From NCBI GenBank assembly GCA_031548665.1, contig JAVBQW010000029.1, positions 11,684 through 75,683 of the forward strand: 64,000 bases of DNA, written 5' to 3'. Origin of the DNA: Thermoguttaceae bacterium. Its GTDB lineage: Bacteria; Planctomycetota; Planctomycetia; Pirellulales; Thermoguttaceae. The notes beneath the pieces were generated by a model, which had not been told where the DNA came from, made no database searches, and saw only the letters and a program-made list of their open reading frames with translations. Made by a program: the position numbers and the translations under genes. This document shows positions 34,875-42,928 of this stretch, piece by piece; position 1 is the first letter of the stretch, and the number at the start of each line of letters is the position of its first letter.

Positions 34875-34880
34875 TTTTTT
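34859..34880 (+). terminator. Rho-independent terminator formed by the last PAL-G unit
   Basis: AGCCGG-TATT-CCGGCT followed by T7. Confidence 0.65.
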
Positions 34881-34882
34881 GC

Positions 34883-34911
34883 TTGCCGGACGTTCCTCGC
34901 CGTCGTATAAT
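34883..34911 (+). promoter_or_regulatory. Sigma70-like promoter TTGCCG-N17-TATAAT
   Basis: Boxes at 34883-34888 and 34906-34911, upstream of the DUF1559 gene. Confidence 0.4.
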
Positions 34912-35035
34912 AGATCTTTCCTTATTTTGCTCGTCGGCCGTGATCGACCTCTCGAAAGGGTGTCGCAGAGAAGGCAAAACGTTTTCAAGCAAATACTGGT
35001 CTGGCGAGCGTCTCATCCCTTTGGCTGGAGATACC

Positions 35036-36172
35036 ATGAAATCATCATCCGTTCGTTTTTGCAGGGAAAGGAAAATTCCTTTCGGGTTCACGCTCGTGGA
35101 ACTTCTCGTCGTCATCGCGATCATCGGCGTGTTGATCATGCTCCTCCTTCCGGCCATCCAGGCCGCTCGGGAAGCGGGACGTCGCATGCAATGTTCCAAC
35201 CACCTCAAGCAAATCGGTTTGGCAGTCCATAATTTCCACGACTCGTTGCGAGGCACTCCTCCGGCGGCGATCGGCGGTTTACCGCGAGGCCTGACGACGG
35301 GAACCACACACTCCACGAACCGCGCTTCGATCTTCGTGTTGATTTATCCTTTTATCGAACAGCAATCGCTCTACACGATGCTCCGCGAAGAGAACGCCAC
35401 CCGCCGAGCCGCGTGTACGTCGCCGTCGGATCATGCCAATAATTATTACAATGGAATCGGTTCCTACTTCGACATGCCGTGGTGGAATCAATTGTCGGAA
35501 GAAGAGAAAAAGGCGTTGGGCTCCGTGAGTAATTATCTCTGTCCTTCCCGTCGCGGCGGTAATAAGGGGGTTGAAGAGCGTGTCGGATCGAATGCGCAAT
35601 TCATTTCCGGTCCGGTTACCGATTACGGTTTCGTGGTCAATTTCGCCGACCCGCCGACCGGAGCATCGGCCGAAGCACGATATATTCACTGTCTCGACCC
35701 GGAGTTTCGCGTGACCTGTCACAACGGGCCCTTCCGCCAATCCACGATGGAAAACTTCCGAAGTCCGAACGACTGGCAGGTTCGGGATGATTTCGCCCGT
35801 TGGGCGGACGGACTCAGCAATCAAATCTGCTTCGGAGAAAAGCATGTTCATGTCAGTCGAGCCGGAGGGGCTTGCGACGACAGCGATCCCTATTCGCGGG
35901 TCAATTGTTCCTATCTCGTGATCGGACACGAAAGAGTCTCGTCGACCTATGCCTTGTGCCGGAATAAAACGGACGTTTCGACGTTCAGGATTCGTTTTCC
36001 GGAAGATTCACCGCTGGGATACAATAACGCTTTCGGAAGTTTTCATCCGGGAGTCAGCCAGTTTTTGATCGGTGATGGTTCTGTAAGGGCCTTTCCGAAC
36101 ACGACGACAACGACGATCTTGGACGCGCTGTCTGATGTTCGAGACGGAAAAAACGTTCCCTTGCCGCAATAG
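35036..36172 (+). CDS. DUF1559 / H-X9-DG protein with prepilin-type N-terminal methylation domain
   Basis: Start at [54 protein letters not shown]-terminal [16 protein letters not shown]. Confidence 0.9.
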   Translation: MKSSSVRFCRERKIPFGFTLVELLVVIAIIGVLIMLLLPAIQAAREAGRRMQCSNHLKQIGLAVHNFHDSLRGTPPAAIGGLPRGLTTGTTHSTNRASIFVLIYPFIEQQSLYTMLREENATRRAACTSPSDHANNYYNGIGSYFDMPWWNQLSEEEKKALGSVSNYLCPSRRGGNKGVEERVGSNAQFISGPVTDYGFVVNFADPPTGASAEARYIHCLDPEFRVTCHNGPFRQSTMENFRSPNDWQVRDDFARWADGLSNQICFGEKHVHVSRAGGACDDSDPYSRVNCSYLVIGHERVSSTYALCRNKTDVSTFRIRFPEDSPLGYNNAFGSFHPGVSQFLIGDGSVRAFPNTTTTTILDALSDVRDGKNVPLPQ

Positions 36173-36187
36173 ATTCGAACCGCGCCG

Positions 36188-37999
36188 ATGGGATACCGAA
36201 CGCTGAAACAATGTATCGTCGATCTTCGAAAGACGGGTCGGCTCGTCGACGTCGACGAACCGGTCGATCCGAACCTCGAACTTGCGGCCGTCCAGCGGAG
36301 GGTGTTCGAACGCGGCGGTCCGGCCCTGTATTTTTCGAAACCGATCGGGTGCTCTTTTCCGATGGTCTCGAATCTTTTTGGAACCGAGGAGCGGATCGAA
36401 TATATTTTCCGTGACGGCGTCGAACCGTTGCGGAAGGCGATCCAATGGGGCGCCGATCCCTTGCAATCCCGGCTCGAAATCTCGACGGGACTTTTTTCGC
36501 TCGGTATGTCCGGCTGGTTTTCAAGGCCGAAATTCGTCCGTCGCGCCCCGGTCTTCGCCTGTCGGACGACGCTCGACGTTTTGCCGAAGCTCGTTTCCTG
36601 GCCGAGGGACGGCGGTCCCTATATCACGTTGCCGCAGGTTTACACGGAGGATCCCGATCATCCCGGCGTCGGTCGGTCGAATCTCGGCATGTACCGGGTC
36701 CAGCTTTCCGGCAACGATTACGAGCCGAATCGGGAAGTCGGGCTCCATTATCAGATCCAACGAGGCATCGCGGCCCATCACGCGGCGGCAATCCGACGGG
36801 GCGAGCCGTTGCCGGTCAACGTTTTCGTCGGCGGCGCCCCCGCAATGACGCTCGCCGCCGTCATGCCGCTGCCCGAAGGACTCAGCGAACTGCTCTTCGC
36901 CGGACTTCTGGGCCGCCACCGAATCCCTCTATATTCCCCCAAAGAGCCCCAAGTGGAGGCGGTACTCCGCCGTAACTTGGGGGTTCCGCTATCGGTCTAT
37001 GCCGAAGCCGATTTCTGCCTCACCGGATTTCTCGACGCCGGAATAATCAAGCCGGAAGGCCCCTTCGGCGACCATCTCGGATATTACAGCCTGCGGCACG
37101 ATTTCCCGGTATTTCGGGTCGAAAACGTTTTCCATCGCAAGGACGCCGTTTGGCCGTTCACGGTGGTCGGGCGTCCGCCGCAAGAAGACTCGATGTTCGG
37201 CCGCTTCATCCACAAAATCGTCGGATCGGTCGTCACGCAAAAGCTGCCCGGCGTCCACGCGGTCCACGCCGTGGACGAAGCCGGCGTCCATCCGCTGCTC
37301 TTGGCGATCGGCAGCGAGCGTTACGTTCCCTATGAAAAAAACCGTCGGGCGGCGGAACTCCATACCTTGGCCCACGCGGTTCTCGGCTTCGGTCAACTTT
37401 CGTTGGCGAAATTTTTGTTCCTCGCCGCCCGGGAAGACGATCCGGGACTCGACGTTTATAACACGGAGAAATTCCTGAAACACGTTTTATGCCGGGCCGA
37501 TTGGCGGCGGGACGTTCATTTCGTCACCCAAACGACGGCGGATACCTTGGACTATTCCGGCGGCGAACTGAATCGTGGCTCGAAAATGTTCGTTGCCGTG
37601 AGCGGTCCGCCGATCCGGGAGCTGCCGACGGAATTCGACGGCGATGTGAAGTCGAAAAATCCTCGAATCGCGTTTCCCGGTGTCGTCTGTATCGAGGGAA
37701 ACGTCGTTCCGAACGACGGGGCCTTGGAAAAATTCCCGTTGATCGTGATCGTCGACAATTCGGAGTTCACGGCAGCGAGTTTACGGAATTTCCTTTGGAC
37801 GACGTTTACGAAGAGCGATCCGGCCGTCGACGTTCACGGCGTTGGCGAATTCACGGAGAACAAGCATTGGGGCTGCACGGGTCCGCTGATCGTCGACGCC
37901 CGTCGCAAGCCGCATCACGCTCCGGAATTGGAGGAGCCGCCGGAAATCGCCCGCCGCGCCGACGCCCTCACCGACCGGATTCTCCGCTCCCTCATTTAG
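36188..37999 (+). CDS. UbiD-family (prenyl-FMN dependent) decarboxylase, long form
   Basis: N-terminus MGYRTLKQCIVDLRKTGRLVDVDEPVDPNLELAAVQRRVFERGGPALYF and downstream blocks typical of the UbiD family. The stop codon lies inside a PAL-G repeat. Confidence 0.85.
   Translation: MGYRTLKQCIVDLRKTGRLVDVDEPVDPNLELAAVQRRVFERGGPALYFSKPIGCSFPMVSNLFGTEERIEYIFRDGVEPLRKAIQWGADPLQSRLEISTGLFSLGMSGWFSRPKFVRRAPVFACRTTLDVLPKLVSWPRDGGPYITLPQVYTEDPDHPGVGRSNLGMYRVQLSGNDYEPNREVGLHYQIQRGIAAHHAAAIRRGEPLPVNVFVGGAPAMTLAAVMPLPEGLSELLFAGLLGRHRIPLYSPKEPQVEAVLRRNLGVPLSVYAEADFCLTGFLDAGIIKPEGPFGDHLGYYSLRHDFPVFRVENVFHRKDAVWPFTVVGRPPQEDSMFGRFIHKIVGSVVTQKLPGVHAVHAVDEAGVHPLLLAIGSERYVPYEKNRRAAELHTLAHAVLGFGQLSLAKFLFLAAREDDPGLDVYNTEKFLKHVLCRADWRRDVHFVTQTTADTLDYSGGELNRGSKMFVAVSGPPIRELPTEFDGDVKSKNPRIAFPGVVCIEGNVVPNDGALEKFPLIVIVDNSEFTAASLRNFLWTTFTKSDPAVDVHGVGEFTENKHWGCTGPLIVDARRKPHHAPELEEPPEIARRADALTDRILRSLI
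36940..36983. repeat. PAL-E palindrome inside the UbiD-family ORF
   Basis: 44 bp identical to 3771..3814 (46 bp with the flanking C and T). Read as PKEPQVEAVLRRNLGV. Confidence 0.9.
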
Positions 38000-38013
38000 C
38001 CGGTACTCCGGCG
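37991..38013. repeat. PAL-G 23-mer overlapping the UbiD-family stop codon
   Basis: CTCATTTAGCCGGTACTCCGGCG. The codons CTC ATT TAG end the ORF. Confidence 0.9.
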
Positions 38014-38045
38014 CAAGACATTTCGCGAGATTCAACTTGCGATCA

Positions 38046-38074
38046 TTGAAGTTCGGTACGGATGAGTTTATAAT
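38046..38074 (+). promoter_or_regulatory. Sigma70-like promoter TTGAAG-N17-TATAAT
   Basis: Boxes at 38046-38051 and 38069-38074, 36 nt upstream of the phosphatase ATG. Confidence 0.4.
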
Positions 38075-38109
38075 ATCGAGGTCGAATTCTTTTCACGCGA
38101 CGTCGATCC

Positions 38110-40032
38110 ATGAAATTATCCATCCGCCAAAAACTGTTCCTTGGTATCGTTCCGCTCTGCCTGATCGTCTACGCGCTGGTCGTCTTTTTTCAGACCCGCG
38201 GCGCTACACGAACGGCGATCGAGAACGTCAAAGTCTTGTTGCGGGAAACGACCTCGAAATACGCCGCCGAATGCGACGTCGTTCTGACTCGGGCGGCCCA
38301 GGCGACGGAAACCGCCGCCGATGTCATGACGGTCGCTCCGCAAACGGAAACCGACGAAATCAACGCGTTGTTCCGACGAATTCTCGAAGCGAACACCGAC
38401 GCCGTCGGATTCGGACTCGGTTTCGAACCGAACAAGCGAACGCCCGGTGTTCGGCTGTTCGATCCCTACGTTTACCGGGACAACGAAAAAAAAGATGAAA
38501 TCGGAGCGAATCCGATCGGCGAATTCGATTATTTTGTCCGGGATTGGTATGCCGACGTCAAGAAAACGGGACGAGCCCTTTGGACCGAGCCCTACGTTGG
38601 CAGCGTCGGCAACACCTCGACGATGTGTACGTATTCGGTTCCTTTTTTCCATCATCCCTCCGAGGGACCGTCGGAGTTGCTCGGCGTCGTCGCGATCGAC
38701 GTTTCGCTCGACAATTTGCGAGGAATTCTCGCTCGATTTCATGGAAATCGCATCGCGCTCCGTTTGGTCAGCGTCAAGGGAACGATCATCGCGGATTCTG
38801 ATCCAGCCCTTGAAATGAAGGAAACCCTTTCATCGCTCGCGGAAAAATCGAAGAATCCCTCTTTGATCGAGATCACGAAACAAATGATGTCCGGCAATCA
38901 GGGAACCGTCTCTTACCAGCCCGATTCCGGACAGGAGCGAATTTGGTTGGCCTACGCCCCGCTTCCTCGAACCGGTTGGAAGCTGATCGCGTCGCTCCCG
39001 GAATCGCAGGTTTTGACGCCGATCTATCGCCAGGCTTATCAGAGTATTGCGTTGTTTTTCATCGGCCTGTTTTTGATCGTCGGAATCATCAGCATCGTTT
39101 CTTTTCGAATCACGGCCCCATTGAAGCGATTGACGACGTTCGCAGGCAAGTTGGCGAAGGGCGATTTCGACGCGACCATCGACGGCGAGGTCGGGTCCGA
39201 CGAAATCGGCGATTTGGCTCGAACCTTCGAAACAATGACCGCCGAACTCAAACGGAACGTCAAGCGACTGATCGACGAGGAATCCGCTCGAAAAGTCGTC
39301 GAGAAGGAGCTTCAGTTCGCCCGTCGGATTCAGGCGTCGCTCCTTCCGAGGATTTTTCCGCCCTTTCCCGAGATGAAGGAATTCAATCTCCACGCGATGA
39401 ACGAACCGGCGACTTTCATGGCCGGCGACTTTTTCGACTTTTTCTTCATCGACCAGACGACGCTGGTCGTCGTGTTGGCCGATGTCAGCGGAAAAGGGGT
39501 CCCGGCCGCGATGTTCATGGCGGTGTCCCGAACGGCGATTCGCAACTATACCGTTCCCGGTCGTTCCGTCGAGGAAATCATCGAGAGCGTTAATCGGACG
39601 CTGGCCTCGGACAATGTCGACATGATGTTCGTAACCTGTTTTTACGGACAGTACGACATCCGAACGGGACGTTTGACCTATGTCAACGCCGGACACAATC
39701 CGCCTTATATTATGAGGCAAACCGGCGGATTCGAGACGCTTGGAGCAACCGGAACATTCCTGGGGCCCTTTCCAGACCTTCCGTTTTCGGCCAAAGAGGT
39801 CGTTCTCGCCCCCGGAGACCTGCTCGTAACGTTTACGGACGGTGTAACCGAAGCGTATGACAAAACCCCGGACGACCTTTACGGTGAAACGCGTCTCGAA
39901 ACCCTGCTCGAAAAAATTCGTGACGAACCGGTCGAAGATATTTGCGACATCGTTTTCGAGGACGCCATCGAATTCAGTCACGGCGAGCGGCACGACGACA
40001 TCACGCTCCTCGTGTTGAGAAGAAATATTTGA
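38110..40032 (+). CDS. Membrane sensor phosphatase: Cache-like periplasmic domain, HAMP, PP2C/SpoIIE (RsbU-type) phosphatase
   Basis: An N-terminal TM, then a ~270-aa extracytoplasmic region, a second TM, HAMP (RITAPLKRLTTFAGKLAKGDFD…IGDLARTFETM), then ARRIQASLLP…AGDFFDF…LADVSGKGVPAAMFMA…ITLLVLR. Confidence 0.85.
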   Translation: MKLSIRQKLFLGIVPLCLIVYALVVFFQTRGATRTAIENVKVLLRETTSKYAAECDVVLTRAAQATETAADVMTVAPQTETDEINALFRRILEANTDAVGFGLGFEPNKRTPGVRLFDPYVYRDNEKKDEIGANPIGEFDYFVRDWYADVKKTGRALWTEPYVGSVGNTSTMCTYSVPFFHHPSEGPSELLGVVAIDVSLDNLRGILARFHGNRIALRLVSVKGTIIADSDPALEMKETLSSLAEKSKNPSLIEITKQMMSGNQGTVSYQPDSGQERIWLAYAPLPRTGWKLIASLPESQVLTPIYRQAYQSIALFFIGLFLIVGIISIVSFRITAPLKRLTTFAGKLAKGDFDATIDGEVGSDEIGDLARTFETMTAELKRNVKRLIDEESARKVVEKELQFARRIQASLLPRIFPPFPEMKEFNLHAMNEPATFMAGDFFDFFFIDQTTLVVVLADVSGKGVPAAMFMAVSRTAIRNYTVPGRSVEEIIESVNRTLASDNVDMMFVTCFYGQYDIRTGRLTYVNAGHNPPYIMRQTGGFETLGATGTFLGPFPDLPFSAKEVVLAPGDLLVTFTDGVTEAYDKTPDDLYGETRLETLLEKIRDEPVEDICDIVFEDAIEFSHGERHDDITLLVLRRNI

Positions 40033-40138
40033 TCAACCCTTCGCAAATTATTCCCGCAGCGGAGTTTTCACGAACTTCCGCGCGTCGCAAGGCGACGCGG
40101 CTAAATTATCGTTCGCATTCAACCTCCAACGTCGACCA

Positions 40139-42715
40139 ATGAACCGAATTTTCTTCGCTCTGCTCCTGATCGTTTCCGTTGCTCTTGAGGCCTTCGCCCA
40201 GGACGATCATTACGCGATAACGCCGACCGAAAAGGAAGCTCTCCTGACGAAAGCGCAATCCGCTCTGACATGGTTCCGAACGATGGACCGCGATTCGCGT
40301 ACCAACACTCCGATGGCGACCTACCGCAAGCAAATTTCGCCGTTGGAGTTGATGCAGGCCGCAGCCCTGATGAAGGAGGCCAAGCAAGACGACGTCTCCC
40401 GGATGATGCGCGAAATGTTCCCGTATATGCAGCCGACGAACGAGGAATGCTTCGCCGTGCAAGAGCGGCTCGGCGACGAAATGCTCGATTCCTTCAAGGA
40501 TTTGAGGGAGGTCCAGCAAGGGGAGATCACGACGGATTCCGTGACGATGGTCCGGGAACGTTCCGCATTGTTTCTCAAGGAGTCGTTGAATCCGGCCGAG
40601 CGAATGATTTTGTACAACGAGCCGACGACGCCGTTGGAAATCATGCGAGTGGTTTCCAACCTTCTTTCTCCGGGTCGGCCCGGTTTGGTTCGGTTTTATC
40701 TGCGACGATTCCTGAAAAACGATCTTCAACCGGAGGAAGCGGCGGCGATCATCGACAACGTCGGTTCGTCGACGTTGATGCAGCTTTCCCGGAAGAGGGA
40801 TTTCGCGCCGCAGGGGGAGGAGGTCGTGTCGAAAATCTTTGCCGAAGCTCGGAAATATTGGCGGGACCCCGAAACGCTCAAGGAGCCGCTTGATCGTTTG
40901 GGGAGCGGCGAAAAGGCCGAGGTTGTCGAATCCGTCCGGGCGCTCTGGAAAGGCGCCGACGTTTCCGTCGACTTGCTGTTGGATAAGTTGGAGCGGAGCG
41001 ACGACGAAAAAGAGGTCGCCGCGATCCAGGATTTTTTGCCGTCGTTCGGCAGCGGAATCGCCGAAGCGTTGAGCGAAACGTTCCGGAGCGGCAACGCCAA
41101 GTTGATCAGTCGAGCGGCAAAGGCGTTGGACAAAATTCTGCCGAATGAGGAAGGATTCCTGTTTTACGCCCCGATGTTCGACGAGCAGTTGCCCGCCGAA
41201 CTGCGCAACGAGATTTCTTCTTATGTCGAAAGGCGACAGGATTCGAAGCCGACCGCCGAAAAAGCGGCCGTTGTCCTGTACAAACGGGCAAAGGATTATT
41301 TTGAAAAGAATCGTGGCGTAAAAACCGACGCCGACGGATACGTCAAGTTCTGGAACTGGGACGCCAACGAGTTCAAGGTGAAGCATATTCGGATGTTGGT
41401 CCCGGCGGCGTATCGACTTTTCGCCTGGCGCTATGCGTCGCTTGCCCACCAAATTCTGCCGGACGACGACGGAATCAAGCGGCTCTATCTGTTGACCTTG
41501 TTCGATCGGACGGCGAACCTGAACGGTTTGGACACGCCGCTTGGCGACGATCCTTCGAAGCTCCGGGTTGCCGCCGCCGAGTTGAGCGTCGCCCAGCTCG
41601 AAGCAATGTTGAAGGAAGGAATCGAGTCGGAGCATTTCGCCGCCGCCCAAATCGCGGCGACGTTGCTCGGCGAACGCAACGTCGACGAATTGCTGTACGA
41701 TTCGAACTCCGACAAACCGCGAATTCTTGTCCAAGCTCTTTCCGCTCCGGACCGCCGTGTTCGCTACGCCGCTCTTGAGGCCGTCGTCAAATTGAAGCCG
41801 CAGCGTCCGTTTCCCGGCTCCAGTCTGGTCGTCGACAATTTGACGTGGTTCGCCCGGTCCTCGGGCAAACGGGTGGTCGTCGTCGCTCATCCAAGGCAGT
41901 CGATTGCGGCGAAAGTCGGCGGACATTTTTCTTCTTGCGGATACAAAGCCGAACTTGCCGAAACGAGCGCCCGCGCGCTGCGGGCCGCCGCGAGCTCGCC
42001 GGACGTCGAGCTCCTGGTGATCGATTTGCTCTGTTCGAAGCCGCCGGTCCCCGAAATGTTGCAGGCGATGCGGCAGGACAACAGGACCTACGATATTCCG
42101 GTTGCCGTCTTGACCGACGACGACCGGGCCTTGGCGACCGCGACCGATTTTCGTTCGTTGCCGTCGATGCAGAAGATTGAAAAGCAGCGGGGCGACAATC
42201 CCTTTGCTTTGTCGCTCTCGGCCGTGTATCCGCCGGTCGGCGACGACGAAACCGCGAAGAAGGTCAACCTCGATTTGTTCGAACGCTGCGGTGTGGAACC
42301 GGTTCCCGCGACGTTACGGCTTCAACAGGCTCGGCAATCGCTGGTCTGGCTGAAGGAGATCATCGAATCGCCGTCGAAGATTTATCAGGTCGAGGGGCTC
42401 GATTCCGTGGTCCGTTCGGCGGTTTACAGCGAGACGAAAATCTGGCAGGGCCTCGACTTGGCGGCGTCGATCAAATCCGGCGCGATGCAGGACTTGCTTT
42501 ACGATGTGATCTCGCAGGAGATGAATCCGATCGAGTTACGAAAAGAGGCCGCCGAAAAGTTCAAGGAGAGCGTCGACAAGTTCGGCGTCCTGCTTCGCGG
42601 CAAACAGGTCCAACGGCTTTACGACCGGTACAACGCCAGCGAAAAGGAGCCGAAGGAATCGCAGGAAATCCTCAGCGGCGTGATCGACCTCGTCGAAGAA
42701 AAAACGTTGAAGTAA
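40139..42715 (+). CDS. Secreted hypothetical protein (858 aa) with a HEAT-like repeat and a receiver-like (CheY-fold-like) segment
   Basis: Signal peptide MNRIFFALLLIVSVALEAFAQ. ALSAPDRRVRYAALEAVVKL looks HEAT-like. KRVVVVAHPRQS…VELLVIDLL…IPVAVLTDDD resembles a receiver fold. Coding-like codon usage throughout. Confidence 0.7.
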   Translation: MNRIFFALLLIVSVALEAFAQDDHYAITPTEKEALLTKAQSALTWFRTMDRDSRTNTPMATYRKQISPLELMQAAALMKEAKQDDVSRMMREMFPYMQPTNEECFAVQERLGDEMLDSFKDLREVQQGEITTDSVTMVRERSALFLKESLNPAERMILYNEPTTPLEIMRVVSNLLSPGRPGLVRFYLRRFLKNDLQPEEAAAIIDNVGSSTLMQLSRKRDFAPQGEEVVSKIFAEARKYWRDPETLKEPLDRLGSGEKAEVVESVRALWKGADVSVDLLLDKLERSDDEKEVAAIQDFLPSFGSGIAEALSETFRSGNAKLISRAAKALDKILPNEEGFLFYAPMFDEQLPAELRNEISSYVERRQDSKPTAEKAAVVLYKRAKDYFEKNRGVKTDADGYVKFWNWDANEFKVKHIRMLVPAAYRLFAWRYASLAHQILPDDDGIKRLYLLTLFDRTANLNGLDTPLGDDPSKLRVAAAELSVAQLEAMLKEGIESEHFAAAQIAATLLGERNVDELLYDSNSDKPRILVQALSAPDRRVRYAALEAVVKLKPQRPFPGSSLVVDNLTWFARSSGKRVVVVAHPRQSIAAKVGGHFSSCGYKAELAETSARALRAAASSPDVELLVIDLLCSKPPVPEMLQAMRQDNRTYDIPVAVLTDDDRALATATDFRSLPSMQKIEKQRGDNPFALSLSAVYPPVGDDETAKKVNLDLFERCGVEPVPATLRLQQARQSLVWLKEIIESPSKIYQVEGLDSVVRSAVYSETKIWQGLDLAASIKSGAMQDLLYDVISQEMNPIELRKEAAEKFKESVDKFGVLLRGKQVQRLYDRYNASEKEPKESQEILSGVIDLVEEKTLK

Positions 42716-42743
42716 AAATAAAAGCCGTAAGGTTTTTTATACC

Positions 42744-42789
42744 CAAGAGCCGGGGGTGTAGGCGGTACTCCGCCGTAGCCCCCGGATGG
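42744..42789. repeat. PAL-D' hairpin (PAL-D head plus GGTACTCC core)
   Basis: CAAGAGCCGGGGGTGTAGGCGGTACTCCGCCGTAGCCCCCGGATGG. A reverse-oriented relative lies at 52515-52572. Confidence 0.8.
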
Positions 42790-42928
42790 TTAGTGTTCCG
42801 AACAGAATGAAACCTCGAATATGTTTTTTCGAGCGGCAATCGCAACAACGGTGATTGAAGTTCGTTCCGTCCGTCAGTGCGCCAGAATACCGGCTCCCTT
42901 CCGGCTGTTGTATTACCCCCAACGAATC

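Noticed and set aside
40106-41926. 606-aa minus-strand ORF opposite the 858-aa secreted protein gene
   Set aside because: R/L/G/Q-rich translation with no start context. The plus ORF has a signal peptide and GC3-biased codons.
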